A stretch of DNA of 64,000 nt from Prevotella sp. (lineage in GTDB: Bacteria > Bacteroidota > Bacteroidia > Bacteroidales > Bacteroidaceae), in assembly GCA_017459445.1 (NCBI GenBank), contig JAFUDJ010000021.1, positions 19,363 through 83,362 of the forward strand. Direction: 5' to 3'. Shown one piece after another: positions 54,139-62,981 of the stretch (its first letter is position 1; the number at the start of each line of letters is the position of its first letter). Made by a program: the position numbers and the translations under genes. Under the pieces are notes generated by a model. That model was not told the DNA's origin. It did no database searches and saw only the letters and a list, made by a program, of their open reading frames with translations.

Positions 54139-56560
54139 GCTTCAGCCTGCCCTTCGCACTCTTGACGGTCAGCGTAGCCTGACCCGCCGTCTTGGTGGTA
54201 CGCAGCACGACGACCAGCTGTCCGTTGAACAGTTTCATCTGCGGCTGCTTGAACGGCTGCAGCGAGGTGGCATCGCCGTTGCAGACGGCCTCGAAGGTGG
54301 CGGCACCGCTGACGCTGAACGTCAGGTTGTCGTTGCACGTGGGGACGCTGTTGCCGTGCTTGTCGATGGCCGACACGTCGACGAATATCAGGTCGTCGCC
54401 GTTGGCCTGATAGCCGGAAGCCTCCGCCCGGGCGACGAGCTGTACAGCCTTGCCGGCCGTGCGCTGGATGTCCTCGCCAATCTTCTGGCCATCCTTGTCG
54501 TATACGACGACGCGGATTTCGCCCGGCTCATACTTCACGTCGTTCCAGCGCAGGCGGTAGCGGTCCAGCCGGCTGTCAGCGCTCTTGCGGATGCGCCCCT
54601 GGCTTTTGCCGTTGACAAACAGCTCGCCTTCCACGCCGTCGGTATAGCAGTAGACGGGCGTCACCTTGCCCTTGCGGTCGGGCCATGTCCAGTGCGGCAG
54701 CAGGTGAACGGTATGCTCCTGGGTGTTCCACTTCGAGCGGTAGAGGAAGTAGCGGTCCTTGGGCAGTCCGGCCAGGTCGCAGATGCCGAAGTAGCTGGAG
54801 CGCGACGGCCAGTATTCGTCGTAGGGCGACGGCTCGCCTAAGTAGTCGTAGCCTGTCCATACAAATTCGCCGATAACCCAGTCGTAGTCATCCTGCCAAC
54901 GCCAGTCGTCATCGGGCAGGTTCGACCACGGGCAGTATTCCACGTCGTAGCTGGAACACTGGCCGTCGGCCGTCTCGATGGCCTTCGGGTCGTACTTCTT
55001 GGTCCATGACGAGAAGCGCGAGTTGTCGTCAGGCTCTGCGGGGAACTTGTAGACGCCGCGCGAGCTGACCGTCGATGCCGTCTCGGAACCGAGCAGGAAT
55101 CCCTGTGGCAGCTGCTTGATATTCTTGTCGTATTTGTGTACGCGGTAGTTGAAGCCCGGAATGTCCATGGCCTGTGCGAAGCCGCTCTTCAGCGCCGGTT
55201 CGGCATTGTCCATGCCCTGTGTAACGGGACGGGTGGGGTCCAGTGCATGGCACAGGCCCTGCAGGCGGATGCTGATTTGGCGGCCTTCCTCGCTCCACTG
55301 CTCAGGAATCTCGTTGCCGATAGACCACATGACGATGCAGGGGTGGTTGCGGTGGTTCAACACGAGGTTGGTGATGTCCCTGTCGGCCCATTCGCGGAAG
55401 AAGCGCGCATAGCCGTTCTTGCACTTGGGGTATATCCACATATCGAACGACTCGGCCATGACCATCATGCCTAAAGAGTCGCACAGCTCCATCTGCCATG
55501 TCGACGGCATGTTGTGCGACGTACGGATGGCGTCGCAGCCCATCTGCTTCATCATCTTAATCTGGCGGATGAGTGCCGACTTGTTGATGGCGGCGCCCAA
55601 GGGGCCGAGGTCGTGGTGCAGACAGACACCCTTCAGCTTGCGCGTCACGCCGTTCAGCTGGAAGCCATGCTCGCGGCTGACGCGAACGGTGCGGATGCCC
55701 GTCTTTATTTCCTTGCTGTCAATCAGCACGTGGTGTTCAGGGCCAATGGGACCAGCCTTGAGGACCTGTACCTTCAGCTTACACAAATGAGGTGTCTCAG
55801 GCGTCCATAGTTGTGCGTTGTTTATGACGAACTTGCCATACACCTTGCCGTCATGCTCTATACGAATGTCGTGCCCCCCTGCCTTCCGGCCGTCAGGCAT
55901 GGTGAGCGTCATAGTGGCTACCATGCTCTTGTTATGATTAACCACCTTCGCCTCTGCCTCTACGATGGCCTTTCCGTTCTCGATGGTCATAGTCCGCACG
56001 TAGATGGACCAGTCGTCGATATGTGTCTTCGGCGTCAGTACCAGCGTGACGGGGCGGTAGAGTCCTGCACCAGGATACCAGCGCGAACTTTCCTCCACGT
56101 TTTTGAGGTGTACGCCGATGTCCAGCTTTCCGGCTTTGAGCCAAGGCGTGGCGTCAACGCGGAAGGCGTTATAGCCGTAAGCCCAGTAGCCGGCCTCGGT
56201 GCCGTTGACGGTGACACGCGGCTCGGACATGGCTCCGTCGAACACCAGTTCGGCGGCCTCATAGCCCTCGGGGATGGTGACGCTGGTGCGGTACCAGCCC
56301 TCGCCAATCCACGGCAGCGAGCCAGAACGGCCCGACTTCTCGGAGGCTTCCGTCTCGCCGTTCTGTGCAATGGCCACGCGCTGCAGGTCCCACTTCTTGT
56401 CGAAAGGCCCGGCAATGGCCCAGTCGTGCGGTATCTCTACTTGCTGCCACGACAAGCTGTCGCGGGAGAAGTCCCAGGTTTTCAGGTTGATTTCACGTCG
56501 TTGCTGCGCGAACACAAAGGCAGGCAGCAGGAGGCTCCATAATAGTAAGCTGTTTTTCAT
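54107..56560 (-). CDS. GH2 beta-galactosidase
   Basis: PHDWAI, SRWYPGAGLYRPV, GVCLHHDLGPLG, IRTSHN, WSIGNE, SETAS and WTGYDYLGEP. Confidence 0.93.
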   Translation of the reverse strand: MKNSLLLWSLLLPAFVFAQQRREINLKTWDFSRDSLSWQQVEIPHDWAIAGPFDKKWDLQRVAIAQNGETEASEKSGRSGSLPWIGEGWYRTSVTIPEGYEAAELVFDGAMSEPRVTVNGTEAGYWAYGYNAFRVDATPWLKAGKLDIGVHLKNVEESSRWYPGAGLYRPVTLVLTPKTHIDDWSIYVRTMTIENGKAIVEAEAKVVNHNKSMVATMTLTMPDGRKAGGHDIRIEHDGKVYGKFVINNAQLWTPETPHLCKLKVQVLKAGPIGPEHHVLIDSKEIKTGIRTVRVSREHGFQLNGVTRKLKGVCLHHDLGPLGAAINKSALIRQIKMMKQMGCDAIRTSHNMPSTWQMELCDSLGMMVMAESFDMWIYPKCKNGYARFFREWADRDITNLVLNHRNHPCIVMWSIGNEIPEQWSEEGRQISIRLQGLCHALDPTRPVTQGMDNAEPALKSGFAQAMDIPGFNYRVHKYDKNIKQLPQGFLLGSETASTVSSRGVYKFPAEPDDNSRFSSWTKKYDPKAIETADGQCSSYDVEYCPWSNLPDDDWRWQDDYDWVIGEFVWTGYDYLGEPSPYDEYWPSRSSYFGICDLAGLPKDRYFLYRSKWNTQEHTVHLLPHWTWPDRKGKVTPVYCYTDGVEGELFVNGKSQGRIRKSADSRLDRYRLRWNDVKYEPGEIRVVVYDKDGQKIGEDIQRTAGKAVQLVARAEASGYQANGDDLIFVDVSAIDKHGNSVPTCNDNLTFSVSGAATFEAVCNGDATSLQPFKQPQMKLFNGQLVVVLRTTKTAGQATLTVKSAKGRLKPTTLTIQTTK

Positions 56561-56659
56561 AAATGGCTCTTAATGATGAATAATTATTGCAAAGATACGA
56601 AATAAAGTTGATATGGCAAAGCATTTTGGGGAAGATAAACACAGTTTGCTCATAAATGA

Positions 56660-56821
56660 ATGCGATTCAGGCGCAACGCACTTGCCAATAACGCCACGGC
56701 ACAAGTGATAAGGGACGAGAAGCGAAACTTGTTCCTGCATATCAACGAGACACCTATTGCCCAATGGTTTAAGGAGCAATTCGGATTGGGACAGGAGAAG
56801 CGGAGAGGAATAAGACGTTAG
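56660..56821 (+). pseudogene. C-terminal remnant of a Bacteroidales mobilization (Mob) protein
   Basis: Translates to ...AQVIRDEKRNLFLHINETPIAQWFKEQFGLGQEKRRGIRR*. The LxINxxPIxxWFKEQF tail is recalled from Bacteroides mobilizable-element Mob proteins. Confidence 0.5.
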
Positions 56822-56829
56822 CACAAATT

Positions 56830-56861
56830 GGGAGCAAGAATTTAAATGCAAACTTGCTCCC
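56830..56861. terminator. hairpin downstream of tatC and the mob remnant
   Basis: gggagcaag...cttgctccc. Confidence 0.55.
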
Positions 56862-56877
56862 GTTATCTTCATGATTA

Positions 56878-57762
56878 CTATGCCTCTTGTTCTTTAGGCT
56901 CTACCCATTTCACAACTCGTATACTGACTTCGTAGAGCAGATAGAGTGGAATGGTGACGAGAATTAGGGTCATCAAGTCGGGAGGAGTGATGATGGCGGC
57001 AACCAGCATAATGACGATGAGTGCGTGCTTCCGGTACTTGGAGAGCATCCATGAGGATGCCACGCCCAACTTCCCAAGGAAGAAAGCAACGACGGGTAAT
57101 TGGAAAACTACGCCCATCACCAGTGTCAACGAGACGAATGTAGAGATATAAGAGTCGAGCGTGATGTTGCTCACCACCTTTGCCGACACGCTATAAGTGC
57201 CGAGAAAACGGAAGGAGATAGGGAACAGCACAAAGTAGCTCATCAGTACACCGAGCAGGAACAACACATAGATGATAACAGCCACTTGCACTGAATATTT
57301 GCACTCATTCTCATAGAGGGCGGGAGAAATGAAGCGGAATAGCTCATATAAGATATAAGGTGAAGCCCCAAGCAGCCCCAGATACACCGCTGTCGTGATG
57401 TGCGTCATGAACTGGCTCGACAGGTCGGTGGCAATCATCTGCACGTGGAACTCGTCAAAGCGGAAATCAATTTCGATTTTCCGCATGGCTGTTTCAAGCA
57501 AGCGGTAGGTACAGAAGTCCCATTCACTTGGAGCCATCAGAATGCTCCAAGTGATGTCCTTGAAACAGAAAACCACTATGGCAATCAGCCCTGCCACACC
57601 AAGAATGCGAAACAGCATCTGGCGAAACACCTCCAAGTGTCCGCCAAATGTCAACAGATTGCCATCACCTCCCGCAACGTCGTTATTTTGATGTTGCTGT
57701 TCCTGTATTAGTTCTTCTAGCTTCTGCTCCTGTTTCCGTTTCTTGCTTTTCTTCCTCGCCAT
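56878..57762 (-). CDS. tatC: twin-arginine translocase subunit TatC
   Basis: [34 protein letters not shown] and [10 protein letters not shown]. Confidence 0.93.
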   Translation of the reverse strand: MARKKSKKRKQEQKLEELIQEQQHQNNDVAGGDGNLLTFGGHLEVFRQMLFRILGVAGLIAIVVFCFKDITWSILMAPSEWDFCTYRLLETAMRKIEIDFRFDEFHVQMIATDLSSQFMTHITTAVYLGLLGASPYILYELFRFISPALYENECKYSVQVAVIIYVLFLLGVLMSYFVLFPISFRFLGTYSVSAKVVSNITLDSYISTFVSLTLVMGVVFQLPVVAFFLGKLGVASSWMLSKYRKHALIVIMLVAAIITPPDLMTLILVTIPLYLLYEVSIRVVKWVEPKEQEA

Positions 57763-57934
57763 TCTCTTCAGGCTCTTCAGCCAGCGGTTCGTTCATTCCT
57801 TTTTTGAAACTCTGCACTCCCTGGCCTAAGCCTTTCATCATCTCAGGGAGTTTCTTTCCCCCAAAGAGGAGTAGAGCCAGACCACCGATGAGGAGCAGTT
57901 CCGTTGTACCGATAAATAATAGTTGTGTAGCCAT
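57683..57934 (-). CDS. tatA: twin-arginine translocase subunit TatA
   Basis: IGTTELLLI...[26 protein letters not shown]. Confidence 0.95.
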   Translation of the reverse strand: MATQLLFIGTTELLLIGGLALLLFGGKKLPEMMKGLGQGVQSFKKGMNEPLAEEPEENGEEEKQETETGAEARRTNTGTATSK

Positions 57935-57938
57935 ACGT

Positions 57939-58217
57939 TCACGGAGTTACCAAATAGATTTCACACGTATCGAAGTTGATTTCCCAATTACTATTCTCTG
58001 CCGATTCCCATTGGTATTTCTCAGCCATTCGGTTCCACCAGCCCTGAAACTTAGTGCTCGTCTCTCCTAAATCATTTACCAACTTTTCGTATAGGTCAGC
58101 GTTATAGGCTGTGAGAATTGATGCGAGTTCATTCAACCCATTGCGACGTTCAAAGAGCGTTTGAATCTCTGTACGCTCTTCGGGTGTCACTTGCCCTACA
58201 AGTCTTTTTGTTGCCAT
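57939..58217 (-). CDS. CXXX-repeat peptide modification system protein (TIGR04116-like)
   Basis: [23 protein letters not shown]...WW..M..KYQW...[11 protein letters not shown], plus cluster context. Confidence 0.8.
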   Translation of the reverse strand: MATKRLVGQVTPEERTEIQTLFERRNGLNELASILTAYNADLYEKLVNDLGETSTKFQGWWNRMAEKYQWESAENSNWEINFDTCEIYLVTP

Positions 58218-58633
58218 TATTTCCTGTATTCTGTGTAGTATAAAAATCTGCCATTTGCATGTCTTTCAACTCTTGCTGTATTAGTATCTGAACTTATCAA
58301 AACCAAAACGGTATTCATCCAGTTAAAGACGCGCCATCCGTTATTTGTTCCTGTATAACTTAGTTGCTGGTTTATTGGACACAATGGCATAGCGGGCATT
58401 ACTTGGCCGGCAATTGTGTTAGACTCAGAACCGAACAAACTGCATGTTGTTCTTCCATAAAAATCTGTCCAATAGGTGATAGTTACCAATAACCCTGTTG
58501 AGTTAGAGTTTACTCTATTCCCATTTGCATCGTATTGGGCTACGAATTTGTAGTTGTAAACCTCTACATTCTGAGCCTGTGTAGAAATAAATATGCTAAG
58601 GCATAATATGATTAATGCTATATGTTGCTTCAT
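58217..58633 (-). CDS. hypothetical exported protein
   Basis: 138 aa with a Sec-type signal peptide (..STQAQ), translationally coupled within the RiPP operon. Confidence 0.7.
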   Translation of the reverse strand: MKQHIALIILCLSIFISTQAQNVEVYNYKFVAQYDANGNRVNSNSTGLLVTITYWTDFYGRTTCSLFGSESNTIAGQVMPAMPLCPINQQLSYTGTNNGWRVFNWMNTVLVLISSDTNTARVERHANGRFLYYTEYRK

Positions 58634-58637
58634 GTTT

Positions 58638-59594
58638 TCAAATCTTTAGGTATTTTTCAAACGGGTCTAAATAGTCAATTTCTTCTATAGAATCTTGCCA
58701 TAAAGGATTCTTGCATTTACCCATCTTCTGTAGTAATTCCCTACTAGCATTTCTTTCCATGTGTGCTACTACACATTGCTCATGAGAAGGTGTATTGACT
58801 TCTAATGTTGTTTTGCGATTGAGCCAGATACAGCGTTTACACTGGTATGCATCACAATTTGTACAGATGGGAGCATGGTCTAATTTGTACAGGTGTTTAT
58901 TCTTTATTTCTAGGCCACGCTCCAAATCTCCTACATTTTTAGACTCATTCTCATAGTAGAAAGCTGGGCATACGTAAAACTTACCATTGGGGGCAAGAGT
59001 TATATTACTTTCTGCGGCTCCGCAATTATTCATCTGCGAGAGCATCATACGGTCTGTGAGGATATTAAACTGTGGCATTTTATCATCAGCATATAATTTT
59101 TCCACATGCTCTGAAAGAACATGAAGGACTTGATTGTATCTTAAGAAATCCTCCTCCCTAAATGATTCAATGTCAGTGATGATGACATTAAGTCTTGCAA
59201 CCTTTGAAAGGACATCTTTTAGAAAGAGAAACCTTTCAAACAAATCATCCTTTGTTGTTCGTAATGCATAACACTTCTCCTTATCCAAATTCGCATAGAC
59301 GATGCCTGCCCAATCATGAAACACAGTGACATCTGCTACTGCCAAAACATCCGTGTCCTTACATAACGATGAAACAATGTTGTTATGGTCAATACTTTCT
59401 ATAGCCTCCTTGTATTCAACAGGCAATTCAAAGTCTGGATATACAAATTGTATCATCAAGTTCTCCATCATGCCGAACTTAATACCAGCCTTCAGTATAT
59501 CCAATGGTATCAACTTGTGAATTGTTCTTATATTCTCATAATGGCAATACGACGTACTAGTATCGTCTAACAGTATAATTAGATATTGTAGCAT
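58638..59594 (-). CDS. CXXX-repeat peptide maturase (TIGR04119-like; degenerate radical SAM with SPASM cysteines)
   Basis: Start MLQYLIILLDDTSTSYCHY; NCGAAE..TLAPNGKFYVCP and CTNCDAYQCKRC; no CxxxCxxC motif. Confidence 0.8.
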   Translation of the reverse strand: MLQYLIILLDDTSTSYCHYENIRTIHKLIPLDILKAGIKFGMMENLMIQFVYPDFELPVEYKEAIESIDHNNIVSSLCKDTDVLAVADVTVFHDWAGIVYANLDKEKCYALRTTKDDLFERFLFLKDVLSKVARLNVIITDIESFREEDFLRYNQVLHVLSEHVEKLYADDKMPQFNILTDRMMLSQMNNCGAAESNITLAPNGKFYVCPAFYYENESKNVGDLERGLEIKNKHLYKLDHAPICTNCDAYQCKRCIWLNRKTTLEVNTPSHEQCVVAHMERNASRELLQKMGKCKNPLWQDSIEEIDYLDPFEKYLKI

Positions 59595-59598
59595 AACC

Positions 59599-60813
59599 CT
59601 AACATATTCCTTGTTTAACTTCTCGTTTTGTGCTCTCAAACTCTTCACGCAGCCCTTCTAATTCAAGTTTGCGGTAGAGCTTATTCCAATAATAGTTGTT
59701 AGCACGAACTCGTGCCTTGTGCATCTTACAGATTGCCGTGCTTCGTTGATAGATAGTGTTTGTTTCCGCAGCGTCATAATTTTCCCCTTGACACCACGCA
59801 CAACCACTTGAAACCTCACAATCCAAACATTTTTGCGGACTTTGTACCTTGCGGTTCAATGCAATAAAGGGACGCAATTTGTTCCAATCTATACCATCAT
59901 TAATGTTTCCTATCACAATTGGTTCCTTTTCGCGCAGAGAATATTTGGCGAATCTTGTACAAGGATAGAAATTGCCAGCGGCATCAATAGACATCATTTT
60001 TCCCGTTCCACACCAGTTGTCATTGTCTAAGTCGCTCATTGGTTTTCCTATTGACTCAGAAAAGAAAGAGCACGTGTACTCTTTATACCATTCATTTTCA
60101 ATTATAGAATCAGCCAATTCAAGCAATTGAGATTCTAATATCTTATCATCACCCTCTTTCCAGACATCTTCAAAAACACAATTTATATTCACTTCATGTA
60201 TTCCTAATTCATAAAGATGTTGCACACTTTCCTTGACGAAAGGTAGGTCTTCAGAGCTTATCGTTACCTTCGTTGCTGCATTCTCAAATTGTCGCAGCCA
60301 TAAAGGGATACTTTTTACGACATCATCATACGAGCCTTTGCCGCTACCTTTGTATATTCGATTCAAATCGTGTTTTTTTCTGGTTCCATCAATAGTTATA
60401 CCAACGCTGACGTGCGTCATGTTTTTCTTTATGAAAGCTTGAACCTTTGGGGACGTATAGTTTATCCCATTCGTGGAAAAACTAAATCGATAGGAGTTAA
60501 ACCAATGGTGATTAAGTCTGTACATTTCCATTTTCAGATAGTCGCATATTTTGTCTATCAAGTCTATTTCCATGAAAGGCTCACCTCCAATAAACTCCCA
60601 TATAATTGATTCTTCTGGGAAAGAATCTTCATGGCTGAGTATATAGTCAACCGCTCTCTTAGCTATATCCCATGACATCTGCTCCTTATTGTTTTTTCCA
60701 ACGAGGTAGCAGTATTTACATGCCAGTTGACAGTCTTTTGTCACAATAAAGGTAATTGTTTTAGCGACTCCGGCTTTCCATGTATTTTGTTTTTTTCTTA
60801 TTTGTTCTTCCAT
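59599..60813 (-). CDS. radical SAM/SPASM peptide maturase, CXXX-repeat target family (TIGR04115-like)
   Basis: CQLACKYC, FIGGEP, WCGTG...YPC and CLDCEVSSGCAWC...ICKMHKAR. Confidence 0.9.
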   Translation of the reverse strand: MEEQIRKKQNTWKAGVAKTITFIVTKDCQLACKYCYLVGKNNKEQMSWDIAKRAVDYILSHEDSFPEESIIWEFIGGEPFMEIDLIDKICDYLKMEMYRLNHHWFNSYRFSFSTNGINYTSPKVQAFIKKNMTHVSVGITIDGTRKKHDLNRIYKGSGKGSYDDVVKSIPLWLRQFENAATKVTISSEDLPFVKESVQHLYELGIHEVNINCVFEDVWKEGDDKILESQLLELADSIIENEWYKEYTCSFFSESIGKPMSDLDNDNWCGTGKMMSIDAAGNFYPCTRFAKYSLREKEPIVIGNINDGIDWNKLRPFIALNRKVQSPQKCLDCEVSSGCAWCQGENYDAAETNTIYQRSTAICKMHKARVRANNYYWNKLYRKLELEGLREEFESTKREVKQGIC

Positions 60814-60836
60814 ATCAAGAATTCTCTACGAATAAC

Positions 60837-60871
60837 GTCCTCGGCAAAAGAATAACTCTCTTGCCGAGGAC
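60837..60871. terminator. intergenic stem-loop between the precursor and the maturase
   Basis: gtcctcggcaa...ttgccgaggac, an 11-bp perfect stem. Confidence 0.65.
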
Positions 60872-60878
60872 AGAATCA

Positions 60879-61124
60879 TTACTTGTTTGTGCCATGAGTG
60901 CAGTATGCACTGCAGCCCATACACTTTCCACCACATGTGCCAGAGCAACCGTAGCAGTTACCTACACAAGTCTCACATCCCATGGGAGAGGATGCTGAGG
61001 CATTGGCAATGTTCGGAACATTTGCCAGCACGATAGCTCCCAAAATGGGCAAAGCGCCCTTGGCAGCCTTCTTGAAGAACTCGCGACGAGACTGGAGTTC
61101 CTCGTTCTTCTTGTTATTATGCAT
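60879..61124 (-). CDS. Cys-repeat RiPP precursor with a twin-arginine leader (TIGR04114-like)
   Basis: SRREFFKK + hydrophobic stretch + ANA; core GCETCVGNCYGCSGTCGGKCMGCSAYC with 8 Cys. Confidence 0.88.
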   Translation of the reverse strand: MHNNKKNEELQSRREFFKKAAKGALPILGAIVLANVPNIANASASSPMGCETCVGNCYGCSGTCGGKCMGCSAYCTHGTNK

Positions 61125-61244
61125 AATAATTTGATGTTGTGCCTATAGACTTCCCGAGATTCAGCGTTTTACATTGCAGGATGTAGGAGTCTGTACTGTC
61201 GTACACATCCTTTTCATCTTCAGCCAATGCAATGGTCAAGGCAC

Positions 61245-61516
61245 AAAAGAATGGCGTGGCCATCCTTATGCACTTTACCTGAGGGGCGCGCCTAGGAAAT
61301 TGGAACCCCTATCTGACATATAAGAATGCAACCACGCCATATAGCGTGGAGGCATAGCTTCTTCGTCAGATTGGGAGTGCCGCAACTTGGCCTTCCCTCT
61401 GCTTCTTAAATCGAACTATTCCAGAAGAGGTTTCCTAGGCGTCTTTGGTAAAGTGCGAAATAATAAGCTAATGCATCATCGGCTCCGGATTTCTCCCCGA
61501 AACCGCTGCAAAGATA
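61245..61516 (-). promoter_or_regulatory. promoter and structured 5' leader of the RiPP operon
   Basis: TATCTTTG on the minus strand at about 61509-61516; four complementary segment pairs (see findings). Confidence 0.6.
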
Positions 61517-61776
61517 GTGAAAATTTGGCAAAGTAATGCACACAGAGGAAGAAAAATGCCGAAAAAGTTGCAAATTTAACAAAAAAGCATTATACTTGCA
61601 GCCGAAAGTATGAAGATTCTCGGATAAGGCAGTCCGAATCAAACAATAACAGAACCCGTCGGCATCCCGTAGATCTGCTGGCGGGTCACCTTTTTTATAG
61701 ACAGCAATGAGCAATCAGAAGCCATGCACGATAGAAGAACTATCATGCAATTGTGAATCTCCTATTTGAGAAAGGG

Positions 61777-62577
61777 TTACTTAAGAAGATTCCTATTACT
61801 ATTCCCCTCCAAGACCTGCATTTGCTGAATAGCAACCTGATTGAGTTTCACAAGCCTTTCACCCTGTGGAACTCCGTCATTGATAAGCACAGCATTGATA
61901 TTCTCCATATTCGACAAGCATATTAGTTCGTTGATGGTAGCATAGTCACGGATATTGCCTTTTAGGTCGGGATTTGCCTCTCGCCATTGCTTGGCGGTCA
62001 TCCCAAACATGGCCACGTTAAGCACATCTGCCTCTTCTGCATAGATGATACTGGCTTGTGCTGGGGTCACTTCTTCTGGTATCAGATGGCTCTTGATGGC
62101 ATCAGTATGTATATGGTAGTTGATTTTGGATAATTCTCTTTTGGCAGTCCATCCCAACATTTTTTGTTCCTCAGCTTTCAGCCGTTGGTATTCCTTGACC
62201 AGTAGCAGTTGGAATTTAGGACTTATCCACATTCCAAAGTGATAGGCTATATCGCGATGTGCGTAAGTGCCACCATATCGCCCAGCCTTAGAGAAGATAC
62301 CAATGGCACCTGTCTTTTCTATCCATGTCTTGACTGACAGAACGAAGTTGTTGCTGCCCGCCATGTTTCTAAATGTACCGAATTCGGTACAATTAAAATT
62401 GGGATTGTAAAGCATTTCCCATTCGCCAAGGTACTCAATCGTGCTTTTCAGACTGAGCCAACGAAAGATAATGTGCTCCTGCAATTGACTACGAGCCATA
62501 TCGGTCAGCGAAATGTAGTCATCGTCATTGTGCGAAACGACGGTTATCTCCGTATTCTGAACTTTAATCTTTGCCAT
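61777..62577 (-). CDS. KilA-N domain-containing protein
   Basis: DDYISLTDMA, WE.LYNPNF, AGRYGGTYAHRDIA, WISPKF and LSKINYHIHTDAIK. Confidence 0.9.
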   Translation of the reverse strand: MAKIKVQNTEITVVSHNDDDYISLTDMARSQLQEHIIFRWLSLKSTIEYLGEWEMLYNPNFNCTEFGTFRNMAGSNNFVLSVKTWIEKTGAIGIFSKAGRYGGTYAHRDIAYHFGMWISPKFQLLLVKEYQRLKAEEQKMLGWTAKRELSKINYHIHTDAIKSHLIPEEVTPAQASIIYAEEADVLNVAMFGMTAKQWREANPDLKGNIRDYATINELICLSNMENINAVLINDGVPQGERLVKLNQVAIQQMQVLEGNSNRNLLK

Positions 62578-62981
62578 AGGAAAGTCTCTATTATAAATTA
62601 TGTGTGCAAAGGTAGCACAAAAATATGAGACTAAAGAAGAAAGAGTGAAAAATCCCTCAAAAGTTTTGTTATCTCGCATTTTCTGTGTACCTTTGTCCCC
62701 GACAATGAGCCATTAAACAGGCTGGTGGCTCTGCGTCGGGAATTCTTGCGTCCCTTCGGTAGCAAGCGCCAGAGGCGATGACTTTGATACGCAAATCATA
62801 GCAGAATGAGGAAATTAGAAAGGTCTCTTATCCATAACCCCGATTTTTCCCAATCCCTCAGACTGCCTTTATTTACAAAAGGTTTGCGATTTTATCCAAA
62901 ATTAGGAAATAATTCACATTCCATCGTTCATAATTCATAATAATTATTTATCTTTGCAGAAAAATTAACAGATTGACGACG

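Noticed and set aside
57683-57762. 80-bp tatA/tatC overlap as programmed frameshifting
   Set aside because: Both ORFs are complete with their own starts and stops, and the overlap is low-complexity charged sequence.
61777-62577. Prophage, suggested by KilA-N
   Set aside because: No structural, terminase or integrase genes occur in the window.
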